A stretch of 64,000 nucleotides of DNA, taken from Solirubrobacterales bacterium. GTDB lineage: Bacteria > Actinomycetota > Thermoleophilia > Solirubrobacterales > 70-9. Position 1 is the first letter of the stretch; each line of letters begins with the position of its first letter. Both the position numbers and the translations under genes were made by a program. The stretch is from NCBI GenBank assembly GCA_038329895.1, contig JBBQNM010000004.1, positions 1,115 through 65,114 on the forward strand. Reading direction: 5' to 3'. Positions 42,890 to 51,060 of the stretch are shown in pieces. A model generated the notes under the pieces. The model did no database searches. It saw nothing but the letters and a program-made list of their open reading frames with translations, and was not told where the DNA came from.

Positions 42890-43102
42890 ATGTCTCAGGA
42901 GAACGTCGAAATCGCGCGGCGAATGTGCGCCGCCGCCTGGCGCAGACCCGAGCCTGACTACGACACGATCAATGCGCTTGGCCACCCCTCTCACGAGCTT
43001 GCCCGGGAACGTCTGCGTCGAGCCTATGGCGCAAACGTCGTGCCTATGCGTTCCAAGAGGTCGGGCGCAGATCGGTCGCCAGCGACGGGGAGGGCTAGAT
43101 GA
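42890..43102 (+). pseudogene. NTF2/SnoaL-like gene, N-terminal fragment only
   Basis: MSQENVEIARRMCAAAW...INALGHPSHEL matches the family N-terminus, then degenerates. Ends 25 nt before a tRNA-Pro 3' fragment. Confidence 0.4.
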
Positions 43103-43126
43103 CAAGCCGATTTCGCGGCAGTTTGT

Positions 43127-43143
43127 TCCAGTCGCCCCGACTA
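43127..43143 (+). repeat. 17-nt copy of the extreme 3' end of tRNA-Pro plus its downstream base context (att-like)
   Basis: TCCAGTCGCCCCGACTA equals 33302-33318. Followed, as at the intact tRNA, by a stem-loop (AAGAAAATCGCC...GGCGATTTCTT). Confidence 0.6.
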
Positions 43144-43203
43144 AAGAAAATCGCCAACTTGCGGCGATTTCTTGCTTGGACGTAGGTTCGACAACCCCGC
43201 GAC

Positions 43204-43224
43204 GGGGTCCATTTAGGGTCCATT
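43204..43224 (+). repeat. left inverted repeat GGGGTCCATTTAGGGTCCATT (internal direct repeat GGTCCATT x2)
   Basis: Preceded by hairpin CCCCG-CGA-CGGGG. An inverted near-identical copy lies at 46727-46747. Confidence 0.75.
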
Positions 43225-43252
43225 CCTCTCAGCAGCGTCCAGCCGGCTAGCG

Positions 43253-43316
43253 GCGCCTTGCTCAGAGCCACGGTGTACGAAACCGAAGGTCACAGGTTCG
43301 AATCCTGTCGGGCGCG
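43253..43316 (+). pseudogene. decayed tRNA-Arg(ACG)-like sequence
   Basis: T-arm ACAGG-TTCGAAT-CCTGT, 3' acceptor CGGGCGC, and an anticodon-like loop GTACGAA. The D-arm is truncated (GCTCAGAGC) and the stems are mismatched. Confidence 0.4.
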
Positions 43317-43614
43317 TTCCGTCTGTCTCCTTGAGACGCCGGGTTCTTCCCATTGCAGAGCCGGATGGGGTGACTGGGTCTGAATCCGGAGTTCCGATGC
43401 TCTCCGCGCCCATCCGGAGGTTTCCGCGAGGTCGTGGTCTCATCCTGGTCTCATTTCCTGGGCATCGCGGACTGCCGAAGCGAAAACCGGCTCCGCGGCG
43501 CTGCTGCTTTCACGCGAAAGCAGCAGTGGCGCAGTCCCTTCCCAGCCGCATGCACCGGCGCCCAATTCCGCTCGGGGCGATGAGCACCACTTGGCTCAAC
43601 CCTACACTCAAGCG

Positions 43615-45018
43615 ATGGCTGAGAAGCGTCGAGTAATCCGCCTCGAGGGACCGCGGTACGCGCGCGTGCGCTACGGACGGGCAACGCTGACGATTGCTCG
43701 CTGCGGGATCCTCAGCATGGGAGACTTGGGCAAGTCAATCCACGCCTACCAGCGCGAGGAGCTGAGCGCCGAGGAAGTGTGCGCTGCGTTTGTTCGCCGC
43801 CGCGTCCGCGAGCACTCGCCGAGCTTCGACTGGGAGACGGCCGATCCGCAGCGCTTACTGCGCCTAGTCGCTGAAGCCTCAGAGGAGCCCAAGTTTGCGG
43901 CGACCGACGCCGGGTCGGTCGCCGATGAACTCGCCCGTGCGGCCGATGCCGAGCTGAAGCAATTGAAGGAGGCGCTGCAAGGAATCGCGGTGCCAGTGAT
44001 CAAGAAGCTCAGCGACTTGTTCGACTCCAAGAAGTACTCGCCGATCGGCAAGCTGCAGGCTGATGCGGCGGCGAAGGCAAAGCTGTTCGATCTCACCGGA
44101 TCTAGCCGGTTGCTTCAGCAGATGAAGGCCTCCCTGCCGGACTTGAGCAAGTCCGGATTCGCCGGAGGCAGCGTGCGAAACCAGCACCTGAAGCAAATCG
44201 GCGAGATCACTCGGGCCAACGCGCAGATTCCGAAGCTGACCGATCTCGGAATCACCTCGAAGGTTCTGGACCCGGATTGGTTCAAGGCCGCCGGCTGGAT
44301 GCGCACGTTGCCCGACCCGGCGCCGTTCTTGCGTCGGCTCCAAGAGGCGACCGCCGGGATCGTCGAGCAGTTCAAGGCGGCATTGCCCGCCAACTGGCGC
44401 GAGCTTGAGCCCGAGGAGGTCGAGCAGGCCGTCGAGCTGATGAAGACCGAGGGCTGGGGCCTGGCCTGGGTCCCGCGCGAGGAGATCCTGCGCCTGTTGC
44501 TAGCGGCGGTGACGCATGAGGAACGCTGCGCGGTGCTGATCGAGCACCGGGAGCAGATCATCGAGGACGTCGAGCAAGCCCTCGGGAAGGTCGAGCGCGA
44601 GGACATGCTGTACCTGGCAGGCGCGGGAGAGAAAGCGATCGCCGGCTACCGCGACGGCTATCCGGAGCTCGCTCAAACCTACGCCGCCGCTGCGATCGGC
44701 GAGGTCATTCACGGCCCCCTCGGCTGGGAGGGTTTTACGGAGGTTCGCCAGGCCTTCAAGGACAAGGACCCGATGCACGGTGTCCAGTACGCCTACTTCC
44801 CCTTCTTCGCTATGGGCCACGCCCTAATGCGGGTGCTCGATCGCTTCGAGAAAGCAGGGGCCGGGTTCAACCGCGCCCTGACGGTTCACCGGATCGGCTC
44901 GCCGCACACCGAGGCCAATCTGCTGATGGTGCTGATGCTCTTCGCCGGGCTCGTGCTCGAGGTCGAGTGGCTGCTGAATCGCCACGACGTCGACCAACTC
45001 GACGAAGAGGCTGTCTGA
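43615..45018 (+). CDS. uncharacterised 467-aa protein; C-terminal helical domain with HEPN-type Rx4H motif
   Basis: Clean ORF with normal amino-acid composition. C-terminal ...RFEKAGAGFNRALTVHRIGSPHTEANLL... carries the Rx4H. No other family signature recognised. Confidence 0.65.
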   Translation: MAEKRRVIRLEGPRYARVRYGRATLTIARCGILSMGDLGKSIHAYQREELSAEEVCAAFVRRRVREHSPSFDWETADPQRLLRLVAEASEEPKFAATDAGSVADELARAADAELKQLKEALQGIAVPVIKKLSDLFDSKKYSPIGKLQADAAAKAKLFDLTGSSRLLQQMKASLPDLSKSGFAGGSVRNQHLKQIGEITRANAQIPKLTDLGITSKVLDPDWFKAAGWMRTLPDPAPFLRRLQEATAGIVEQFKAALPANWRELEPEEVEQAVELMKTEGWGLAWVPREEILRLLLAAVTHEERCAVLIEHREQIIEDVEQALGKVEREDMLYLAGAGEKAIAGYRDGYPELAQTYAAAAIGEVIHGPLGWEGFTEVRQAFKDKDPMHGVQYAYFPFFAMGHALMRVLDRFEKAGAGFNRALTVHRIGSPHTEANLLMVLMLFAGLVLEVEWLLNRHDVDQLDEEAV

Positions 45019-45048
45019 CCGCGGCTACCCGTTGCCGCCCGCCTCCGC

Positions 45049-46314
45049 CTAGTTCTGCGCGTCTGCTTCGGCTACTTCCTCGGAGACCATCCGCCACTTA
45101 CCCTTTGTGGCTGGCACGTAGCGGCTGACGAAGGCGTAGTCCGGGCCCTCCGGGCTGAGGTTCGCTTCCTCGTCGGAGACGGGACGTGCCTTCTCCATGC
45201 GCTGTTTGACGTCAGCCGGGATCTCGCGATCAGCCTCGTCTCGTGGCTTCCCGAGCCGTACCTCCAGCGATTTCGCACTCTCGCGCCAGTCGGGTCGCAT
45301 GTGCTTGTCCCAGAGCCGGGTCACTGCGTTGTCGATGGTGGAAGGCGGATACGGGGCGAAGGCCAGGACGCCGAGGTCTTTGATCGGCTCGGGCAGGGCG
45401 TCGTAGTGCTCGTCGAACTCGTGCAGCGCCGACTTGAGCTCCTCGCCGCCTAAGTACGACTGGTCTTCGCGCAGAAAGAGCGGCACCGTTCGCTGGTGCA
45501 GGCGGTCGCTGGAAGTGAAGACCATGGCGAACGGCAGGTAGTAGAGATAGGCCATGTCGGCCTTGTTGCTCGCCCGCTCGCCGGATATGAAGCTGCGGTG
45601 GATGCCGAGGTAGAAGACCAAGTCGACCTTGAGCACGTGGGTCAGATAGGGCGCGAACTCATCAAGCCGGGGCCGCCCGACTGCCTGCCAGCGGGTGACG
45701 GCGAGCCGCTGGTACTCGTCTGGGACACCGAGGACATCGAGCGCCAGCTGGAACACCTGCGGGTCGTCGCTTGAGCAGAAGGAATCCACAAAGTCCTTCA
45801 ACTCCTCGAGGGTGGAGATCTTGGTGTCGGTTGGGAGGACGTTCTTCAGCGCGCCGACGACTGCGGCCGGGTCCTGCTGGGCGAGCTCCGCTCGCCAGTC
45901 CCGCGCTACTTCGCGCTCAATCTCGAGGAACTCGTGGTTTCTCCAGCGCAGCAGTGCAGCCTGCTCGGGAAACTCGCCGACATGCAGGCCGACGCTGCCG
46001 TCGGGCGCGACCTTTGTCTCGCCCTCACCGATCAACACTTGGCCGGTCATCGGGATCTCTTCGCCCGTTAGCTCGCCGAGCAAGATGTGACGGTGGTGGA
46101 CATTGGGGTAGGCCTGCGACGGGGTCTTCTCGGCGAGCATCCCCACTAGGTCGTCTGGCGTCTTTCCTTTCGCGACGTCCTTCTCGAGGTCAGCGAGGGT
46201 CTCGACGTAGAAGACCGGGACGACGTTCGCCAAGAAAAAGGCGTCGAACCACACCGCTTCATCCATGCTCAATGCCTGAAGCGCTGACTTGTCGAAGGTC
46301 GTGATCGGTCCCAT
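45049..46314 (-). CDS. uncharacterised 421-aa protein; split PIN-like motif set
   Basis: ATG at 46314: MGPITTFDKSALQALSMDE...FYVETLADLEK (Asp, Glu positions). Later NKADMAYLYYLPFAMVFTSSDRL (Asp and T/S-x-D positions). The upstream 39 codons of the tracked ORF are run-on. Confidence 0.65.
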   Translation of the reverse strand: MGPITTFDKSALQALSMDEAVWFDAFFLANVVPVFYVETLADLEKDVAKGKTPDDLVGMLAEKTPSQAYPNVHHRHILLGELTGEEIPMTGQVLIGEGETKVAPDGSVGLHVGEFPEQAALLRWRNHEFLEIEREVARDWRAELAQQDPAAVVGALKNVLPTDTKISTLEELKDFVDSFCSSDDPQVFQLALDVLGVPDEYQRLAVTRWQAVGRPRLDEFAPYLTHVLKVDLVFYLGIHRSFISGERASNKADMAYLYYLPFAMVFTSSDRLHQRTVPLFLREDQSYLGGEELKSALHEFDEHYDALPEPIKDLGVLAFAPYPPSTIDNAVTRLWDKHMRPDWRESAKSLEVRLGKPRDEADREIPADVKQRMEKARPVSDEEANLSPEGPDYAFVSRYVPATKGKWRMVSEEVAEADAQN

Positions 46315-46726
46315 GCGTTCATGCTGGCACGCGCGAGCCCGCTGTCTGCTTGGATCGCTTCCTTGTCTGCGCTGAGGTGCGGAGCGCTCCCAGCCGAACT
46401 CGCTTCTCCTTCGCGCGAAAAGCAAGAGCACTTACCGGTCCGAAATGAGGATGTTGCGACGAAGTGTCGAGCGAGCGATCGGTGCGCCAGTGGTGCGCCA
46501 GTCAGAACCGAATTCGAGCGGTTAATGGCGGTCCGTAGCGGCCCGATTTGGCTTGAGCAAGCGATTTTCGCCGAATTCACGCGCGCGGATCCACATCTCT
46601 CCTCTCTGTCAAATCCGCGGCGGCCTCCGTCGCCTTGCTCCTTTGGTCCCGCCGCCGAGACTCGGTGACCGGCGCCAGCTCGAACACCCTCTGCATGCCA
46701 GCTTGCTCTGCCCCTGCCGAGGGGAA

Positions 46727-46747
46727 AATGGACCCCAAATGGACCCC
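46727..46747 (-). repeat. right inverted repeat (minus strand reads GGGGTCCATTTGGGGTCCATT)
   Basis: 20/21 identity to 43204-43224 in inverted orientation. Adjacent hairpin CCCCGTG...CACGGGG. Confidence 0.75.
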
Positions 46748-46811
46748 GTGGCGCGGCACGGGGAGTCGCAGCCCTACGTGAAACCATCGCAAAAGCGGTG
46801 GTTTCGATGAA

Positions 46812-46851
46812 TCGGGGCGACTGGCAGCGACCTTTCGGCCCCCAGCCGAAT
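46812..46851 (-). repeat. tRNA-Pro 3'-half copy with an internal 8-nt deletion, inverted orientation
   Basis: Minus strand reads ATTCGGCTGGGGGCCGAAAGGTCGCTG--CCAGTCGCCCCGA (T-loop GTTCAAAT missing). Followed by stem-loop GAAACCACCGC-TTTT-GCGATGGTTTC. Confidence 0.7.
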
Positions 46852-47013
46852 ACTCCACCCTCCCGAGCGCATGCGGATCGTGCGGCTGAAGAAGGAGTGC
46901 AAACCGTGCGTCAACTCCGACTTCGAGGCGAATTGAGAGCATCTCAACACGCATGAGCCGCGCCTATCCGGCCTCAGACGACCCCTTCTCGCCGTCGTCA
47001 TAATCCGCGTGTC

Positions 47014-47038
47014 GGGGGTTCGAGTCCCTCCCCCGGCA
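47014..47038 (+). repeat. tRNA 3' fragment (T-arm identical to tRNA-Leu-TAG, different acceptor)
   Basis: GGGGGTTCGAGTCCCTC + CCCCGGC + A. No matching 5' half upstream. Lies at the transition to the next gene block. Confidence 0.45.
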
Positions 47039-47116
47039 TTCCTGATCCTCCTGCAAAGGCGGCTGTTCCGAAACTTTGTCCGTCCTTCCGTGGGGCACAC
47101 CTCGGTCTTCGAAGGC

Positions 47117-48289
47117 CTATACGGGACGAGGTTCGCGTATCGGCTCAGTCAGGACCTCTACGTATGGACCCTCGCTCGGAGATCCTGGCGCGAACTTCGC
47201 CAGTCGCTCGAAGAATCGGTCCGGATCGACCGCCACCTCAGGACCGTTCACACCGGGATTATCGACCTGGTCCCCCAAAAGCATCAGAGTCGCAACGGCA
47301 AGCGGGATGCCCGTGTACTCTCCCATGTCGCGGTCGGGAATCGCCAGCGGTCGGGCCCCAACACTGATTGGCTCGCCATCCTTGATCCCTTCGACGACCG
47401 CGAACAGGTCGGGAAAGGTGGGCGCGGGACCGGCAGCACTGCCGAACATGTCGGGCTCCAGAAGCAGCTTGTCGGAGGCGACCGACACATCAAGCTCGCC
47501 GCTCCTGACACGGTCCGCGATTCGGATAAGCGCGTCCATCATCCCGCGCCTTGAGGTCATTAAGTTGAGCGACTCGCGGACTCCCCGTTGCGCTCGGGGG
47601 ATCGTCAACGGTTCTGGATGCCCGCAGGTCCAGGCCGGCTCCACGCCTCGGCCAGGATAGGAAAGGGGCAGCTCCTCTAGGGCCCACGCCTCGACGAGTT
47701 TGCCGTCGCGCCAGACCTTTATTGGATCGGAGACGTTGTGAACCCAATGCACGACGTTCGCGGCTGCCTTGGGCTCCGGATTCTCGGGCGACCGGCGCGG
47801 GACGCCGGCGCCGGCCCGCCACGCAGTGAAGACGCGATCGACCTGGTCGCACTCGTTCATCGCCAGGGCTGCGAGCAGATTGCTGATTCCGGGGCTCGCG
47901 CCCATCCCGATGACGGCAGTCACCCCCGCATCGCGTGCCCGCTCGTCGAGTTCCAGCATCTGCAGCGTCGGCTCCCAGTCGTCGCAGATGTCCAGGTAAT
48001 CGATCCCGGCTTCGATCGCCGCTTCGAGGACGTGCCGGCCATGGCGATAGAAAGGGCCCGCGGTGCCGAGCACGACATCGACTCCTTTCAGCGCCGTCCG
48101 AAGGGCCTCATCGTCGTAAATGTCGAGGCGAAGCGCCGTGGTCTTTGAACCAGTGTCTTCTACCACCGCGAGCGCGCTTGCTTCGTCGATGTCCGCAACG
48201 ATCACTTCATCTACAGCGGCATCCGCCGCCAGGGTGCGGCTGGCGTAGGCGCCCATCGCTCCGCCACCGCCCGATACCAAGATCCTCAT
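47117..48289 (-). CDS. saccharopine dehydrogenase-like NAD(P)-binding protein (paralog 1)
   Basis: MRILVSGGGGAMGAYASRTL Rossmann N-terminus, GTAGPFYRHGRHVLEAAIEAGIDYLDICDD and IGMGASPGISNLL blocks. Confidence 0.8.
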   Translation of the reverse strand: MRILVSGGGGAMGAYASRTLAADAAVDEVIVADIDEASALAVVEDTGSKTTALRLDIYDDEALRTALKGVDVVLGTAGPFYRHGRHVLEAAIEAGIDYLDICDDWEPTLQMLELDERARDAGVTAVIGMGASPGISNLLAALAMNECDQVDRVFTAWRAGAGVPRRSPENPEPKAAANVVHWVHNVSDPIKVWRDGKLVEAWALEELPLSYPGRGVEPAWTCGHPEPLTIPRAQRGVRESLNLMTSRRGMMDALIRIADRVRSGELDVSVASDKLLLEPDMFGSAAGPAPTFPDLFAVVEGIKDGEPISVGARPLAIPDRDMGEYTGIPLAVATLMLLGDQVDNPGVNGPEVAVDPDRFFERLAKFAPGSPSEGPYVEVLTEPIREPRPV

Positions 48290-48370
48290 CTGTCTGAGAC
48301 TGCCGGAGGGGCGCTAACCCCCGCCGTCTCTATTGCACGCATCGCATCCCGAGCGTGTTCGGCGCACCCG

Positions 48371-48808
48371 TCAGTCACTTGGTACACCGGTGCCACTCAG
48401 CGAACTCACTAACTCCGTGGGGTCAAAGTAGGCTTCTTCCAGAACTGTCTTTCCGTTCGCGATGGTGTGAAAGGTGGACACTCGGTACGACACTTTGGAT
48501 CGGGTTGCGGGGTATCCGTACAACTCACCAGAATGGATCCCTGAAACGACTAGCTGGAGCGCAGCTCGATCCCCAGAAGTCGTCACGTGCCGAACCTCGA
48601 TGCGGAAGTCGTCGAGGCCGCTTAGGAGTTCCTCGAGGTACCGCCGAAGCTCATCATGACCTTTGATCTCCGCGCCGTCAGCGGTGATCTCTCGGACTAG
48701 GCAGTCGTCCGCGTAGTAGTTCATGAGGCCGTCAATGTCGCCGGCATTGAGGCTCGCGACTTGGGCCCGGACGATCTGCTCAGCGGACTGCGGGCTGGAT
48801 TCGGCCAC
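48371..48808 (-). CDS. SnoaL/NTF2-like (ester-cyclase-like) protein
   Basis: SLNAGDIDGLMNYYADDC...GHDELRRYLEELL...ALQLVVSGIHSGELYGYPATRSKVSYRVSTFHTIANGK. Confidence 0.7.
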   Translation of the reverse strand: MAESSPQSAEQIVRAQVASLNAGDIDGLMNYYADDCLVREITADGAEIKGHDELRRYLEELLSGLDDFRIEVRHVTTSGDRAALQLVVSGIHSGELYGYPATRSKVSYRVSTFHTIANGKTVLEEAYFDPTELVSSLSGTGVPSD

Positions 48809-48814
48809 GGAGTA

Positions 48815-49864
48815 CTAAGAGCTCCGATGCCCGGACGGACCCAGGTTCGATCCTGCCAGGCCCAGCCAATCGTCGAAGCGGCTGTCGCTCAACCTCCCCA
48901 GGGCTCCCTCTAGGTTGATTTGGCGGTACCCCTCGTAGAAGTCGAGTTGACCCTGGCCGCCCCCGGGAAGGACGTCAACGAGCGTGTCGGTAAGTCCGCT
49001 GAGCTCGGCAGGCGCCGTTAGACACCATGACCATTCACGGACTGCATGTATGAACCGCATGAGCTCAACGCGGCACACGTCGACAGGAGACAAGTCCGAG
49101 ACCGCGGCCTTAAGGACGCGTTTGGTTTCCTCTTCGTTTAGCTCTCCGTACTGCGCAATCATGGCGATGTCCAGGTACGGAGTGTCTATCCCTGCGTAGT
49201 CGTAGTCGAGGAGCCGCAATCCGTCTGGCGTCGCCACGAGGTTTTGGGGGTTCACGTCTCGGTGGCTAAATACGGATCCCGAAATGCGGTCGAACAATTC
49301 TTCGCACGCCGCCAAAGGACCCTCAATCCGCTCGAACACTGCTGGCAGACTGTGACGCTCTCGTGCCGTCTGCACGAACCGCCGGACTTCGACGAACACT
49401 GGCCTGTCCCGGATGGAGTCGACGGGAAGCCGGTGTAAGCGTGCCAGCAAGTCGCCCACGGCCTCCAGGTTGTTGCCTTCACGGAGGCGTGTGTGGTCGA
49501 GCGTGCCGCCCTCCAGGAACTCGATCAGCGAGTGCCCTTCCGGCATGCTCACCCCGAACACAGCAGGGCCGAGCTCCGCCTTTCCGGCAATCCGAGCGGC
49601 TGCTGCCGAGTTGACCATGTCGGTCGCAACGATCTCGTTGAGTGCACTCGGCGGTGCAATTCGAAGTACGAATCGCTGGCTTCCGTGCTCGACCAAGAGA
49701 TTGCGATTGATCGCGCCTCCCGGCAGCATCGAAACAGTGCACTCCAGCGGCGAGGCACTGTTTGGCAACAGTTCCTCCAGCAATACACCTGCCTGTTCAC
49801 GGACCGCCTGATCGATATCTTCGGCAAAGCTCATTTGCAACGAGCGGTGCGCCATGACCGCCAT
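48815..49864 (-). CDS. choline/ethanolamine-kinase-fold (APH-family) phosphotransferase
   Basis: Brenner motif HRDVNPQNLV and LLDYDYAG. ATG at 49864, alternative TTG at 49870 overlapping the upstream stop. Confidence 0.75.
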   Translation of the reverse strand: MAVMAHRSLQMSFAEDIDQAVREQAGVLLEELLPNSASPLECTVSMLPGGAINRNLLVEHGSQRFVLRIAPPSALNEIVATDMVNSAAAARIAGKAELGPAVFGVSMPEGHSLIEFLEGGTLDHTRLREGNNLEAVGDLLARLHRLPVDSIRDRPVFVEVRRFVQTARERHSLPAVFERIEGPLAACEELFDRISGSVFSHRDVNPQNLVATPDGLRLLDYDYAGIDTPYLDIAMIAQYGELNEEETKRVLKAAVSDLSPVDVCRVELMRFIHAVREWSWCLTAPAELSGLTDTLVDVLPGGGQGQLDFYEGYRQINLEGALGRLSDSRFDDWLGLAGSNLGPSGHRSS

Positions 49865-49866
49865 CC

Positions 49867-51060
49867 TCAACTGCTCACCACGACCGGCGCGATCAGACTG
49901 TCGCGATCTGGCAGCAATGCATCCGGATCCGACAGAGACGTGGCCTCACCATCAAGGACCCACTCAGCCGCCAGACGGCCAAGCGCGCAACCGGAGCTAA
50001 TCCCTACGCCCCCGAGACCGGCGCATGCCACGATCGTTGGATTGTCTTGATGAGGACCAACGATGTACTGATCGTCAGGGCTCATCGGATAGATCCCCGT
50101 CCAGGCGGGCGCGAAACCCGAATCCTTCAGATTGACCCGCTCCTCGAACAGCCTGGCAACCATTTCCACATACGCGTCGTCCACGGATTGCTTGTAGTTG
50201 TCGGGGTCGACGCTGCCGAGGCTCTCCTGCAAATCGCTGCTGTGAACGCCCACGATCAAATCGCGCCCTTGCTCGTGACGAAAATAAAGCCTCTCGTCAC
50301 CCTTCGGAAGATGCTCCGCAAAGAAGGGCATCCGATAATCGAGGTCCTCCGCGAGCCTTGCGAACACCACTTGGTGGCGTTGTGGCACACACGGAACGGT
50401 GACACCGCACATCTCGGCTACTGTCGGGGCCCAGGCGCCGGCCGCGTTGACGACGCTCTCGCACTCGACGACACCCCTGGATGTCGTCAGTCGATGCCGG
50501 GTCATGCGGTCATCGAATTCATATCCAACCAAGGGGGTCTTTGTCTGCAGCTCTGCCCCTCGCTCGCGCGCACGATCCCAGAGCGCACCGCAAAGCTGGT
50601 GACCATCGACGAAGCCATCCTCGGGCGAGAAAAGCGCGGCCACGAAGTCATCGGCGACGATATGTGGGAAAAGCTCAGAGAACTCGGCCTGAGAGATGAT
50701 CCGGTTCGAGTTGAACCCATACTCACGTGAAATCTCGATACACGCCTCGTAACCGGGAATATCGTCCTCACTTCGGATCGGCTTCACAGACCCGATCGTC
50801 TGCTTCGTCACGCTACCCTCGGCTGCGAGTCGGTCCACCTCGCCGACGCTGCGAACGCGGACTTCCTGGGCCAGTGGGTCGAGGTTGATACGCGCAACTA
50901 CCCCCGCCGAATGAACGGTTGAGCCGCTCGCCAATTGGTTCCGCTCCAGGACAAGCGTTCGCGCTCCTCGCTCAGAAAGAGCTGCGGCAGTCGACATTCC
51001 AGCTACTCCGCCGCCGATTACGACGACGTCGTATGAAACGGCCTTGCTACTCACCGGCAT
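49867..51060 (-). CDS. FAD-dependent oxidoreductase (DAO / sarcosine-oxidase-beta-like)
   Basis: YDVVVIGGGVAGMSTAAALSERGARTLVLE dinucleotide-binding N-terminus from ATG 51060. Confidence 0.8.
   Translation of the reverse strand: MPVSSKAVSYDVVVIGGGVAGMSTAAALSERGARTLVLERNQLASGSTVHSAGVVARINLDPLAQEVRVRSVGEVDRLAAEGSVTKQTIGSVKPIRSEDDIPGYEACIEISREYGFNSNRIISQAEFSELFPHIVADDFVAALFSPEDGFVDGHQLCGALWDRARERGAELQTKTPLVGYEFDDRMTRHRLTTSRGVVECESVVNAAGAWAPTVAEMCGVTVPCVPQRHQVVFARLAEDLDYRMPFFAEHLPKGDERLYFRHEQGRDLIVGVHSSDLQESLGSVDPDNYKQSVDDAYVEMVARLFEERVNLKDSGFAPAWTGIYPMSPDDQYIVGPHQDNPTIVACAGLGGVGISSGCALGRLAAEWVLDGEATSLSDPDALLPDRDSLIAPVVVSS

Larger units (their letters stand above)
33316..47038. mobile_element. 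composite, degenerate integrative island(s) at the tRNA-Pro locus
   Basis: Starts at the 3' end of tRNA-Pro. Contains four further tRNA-Pro-derived copies/fragments plus His-like, Arg-like and Leu-like tRNA fragments. Also has mobile-element genes (RHH, P4/D5 primase, serine recombinase, RM/Vsr), pseudogenisation and lower GC than the left flank. No intact integrase seen. Confidence 0.6.

Noticed and set aside
43253-43316. Possible functional tRNA-Arg(ACG)
   Set aside because: The D-arm is collapsed (GCTCAGAGC), and the acceptor and anticodon stems contain mismatches. It is treated as a pseudo-tRNA.
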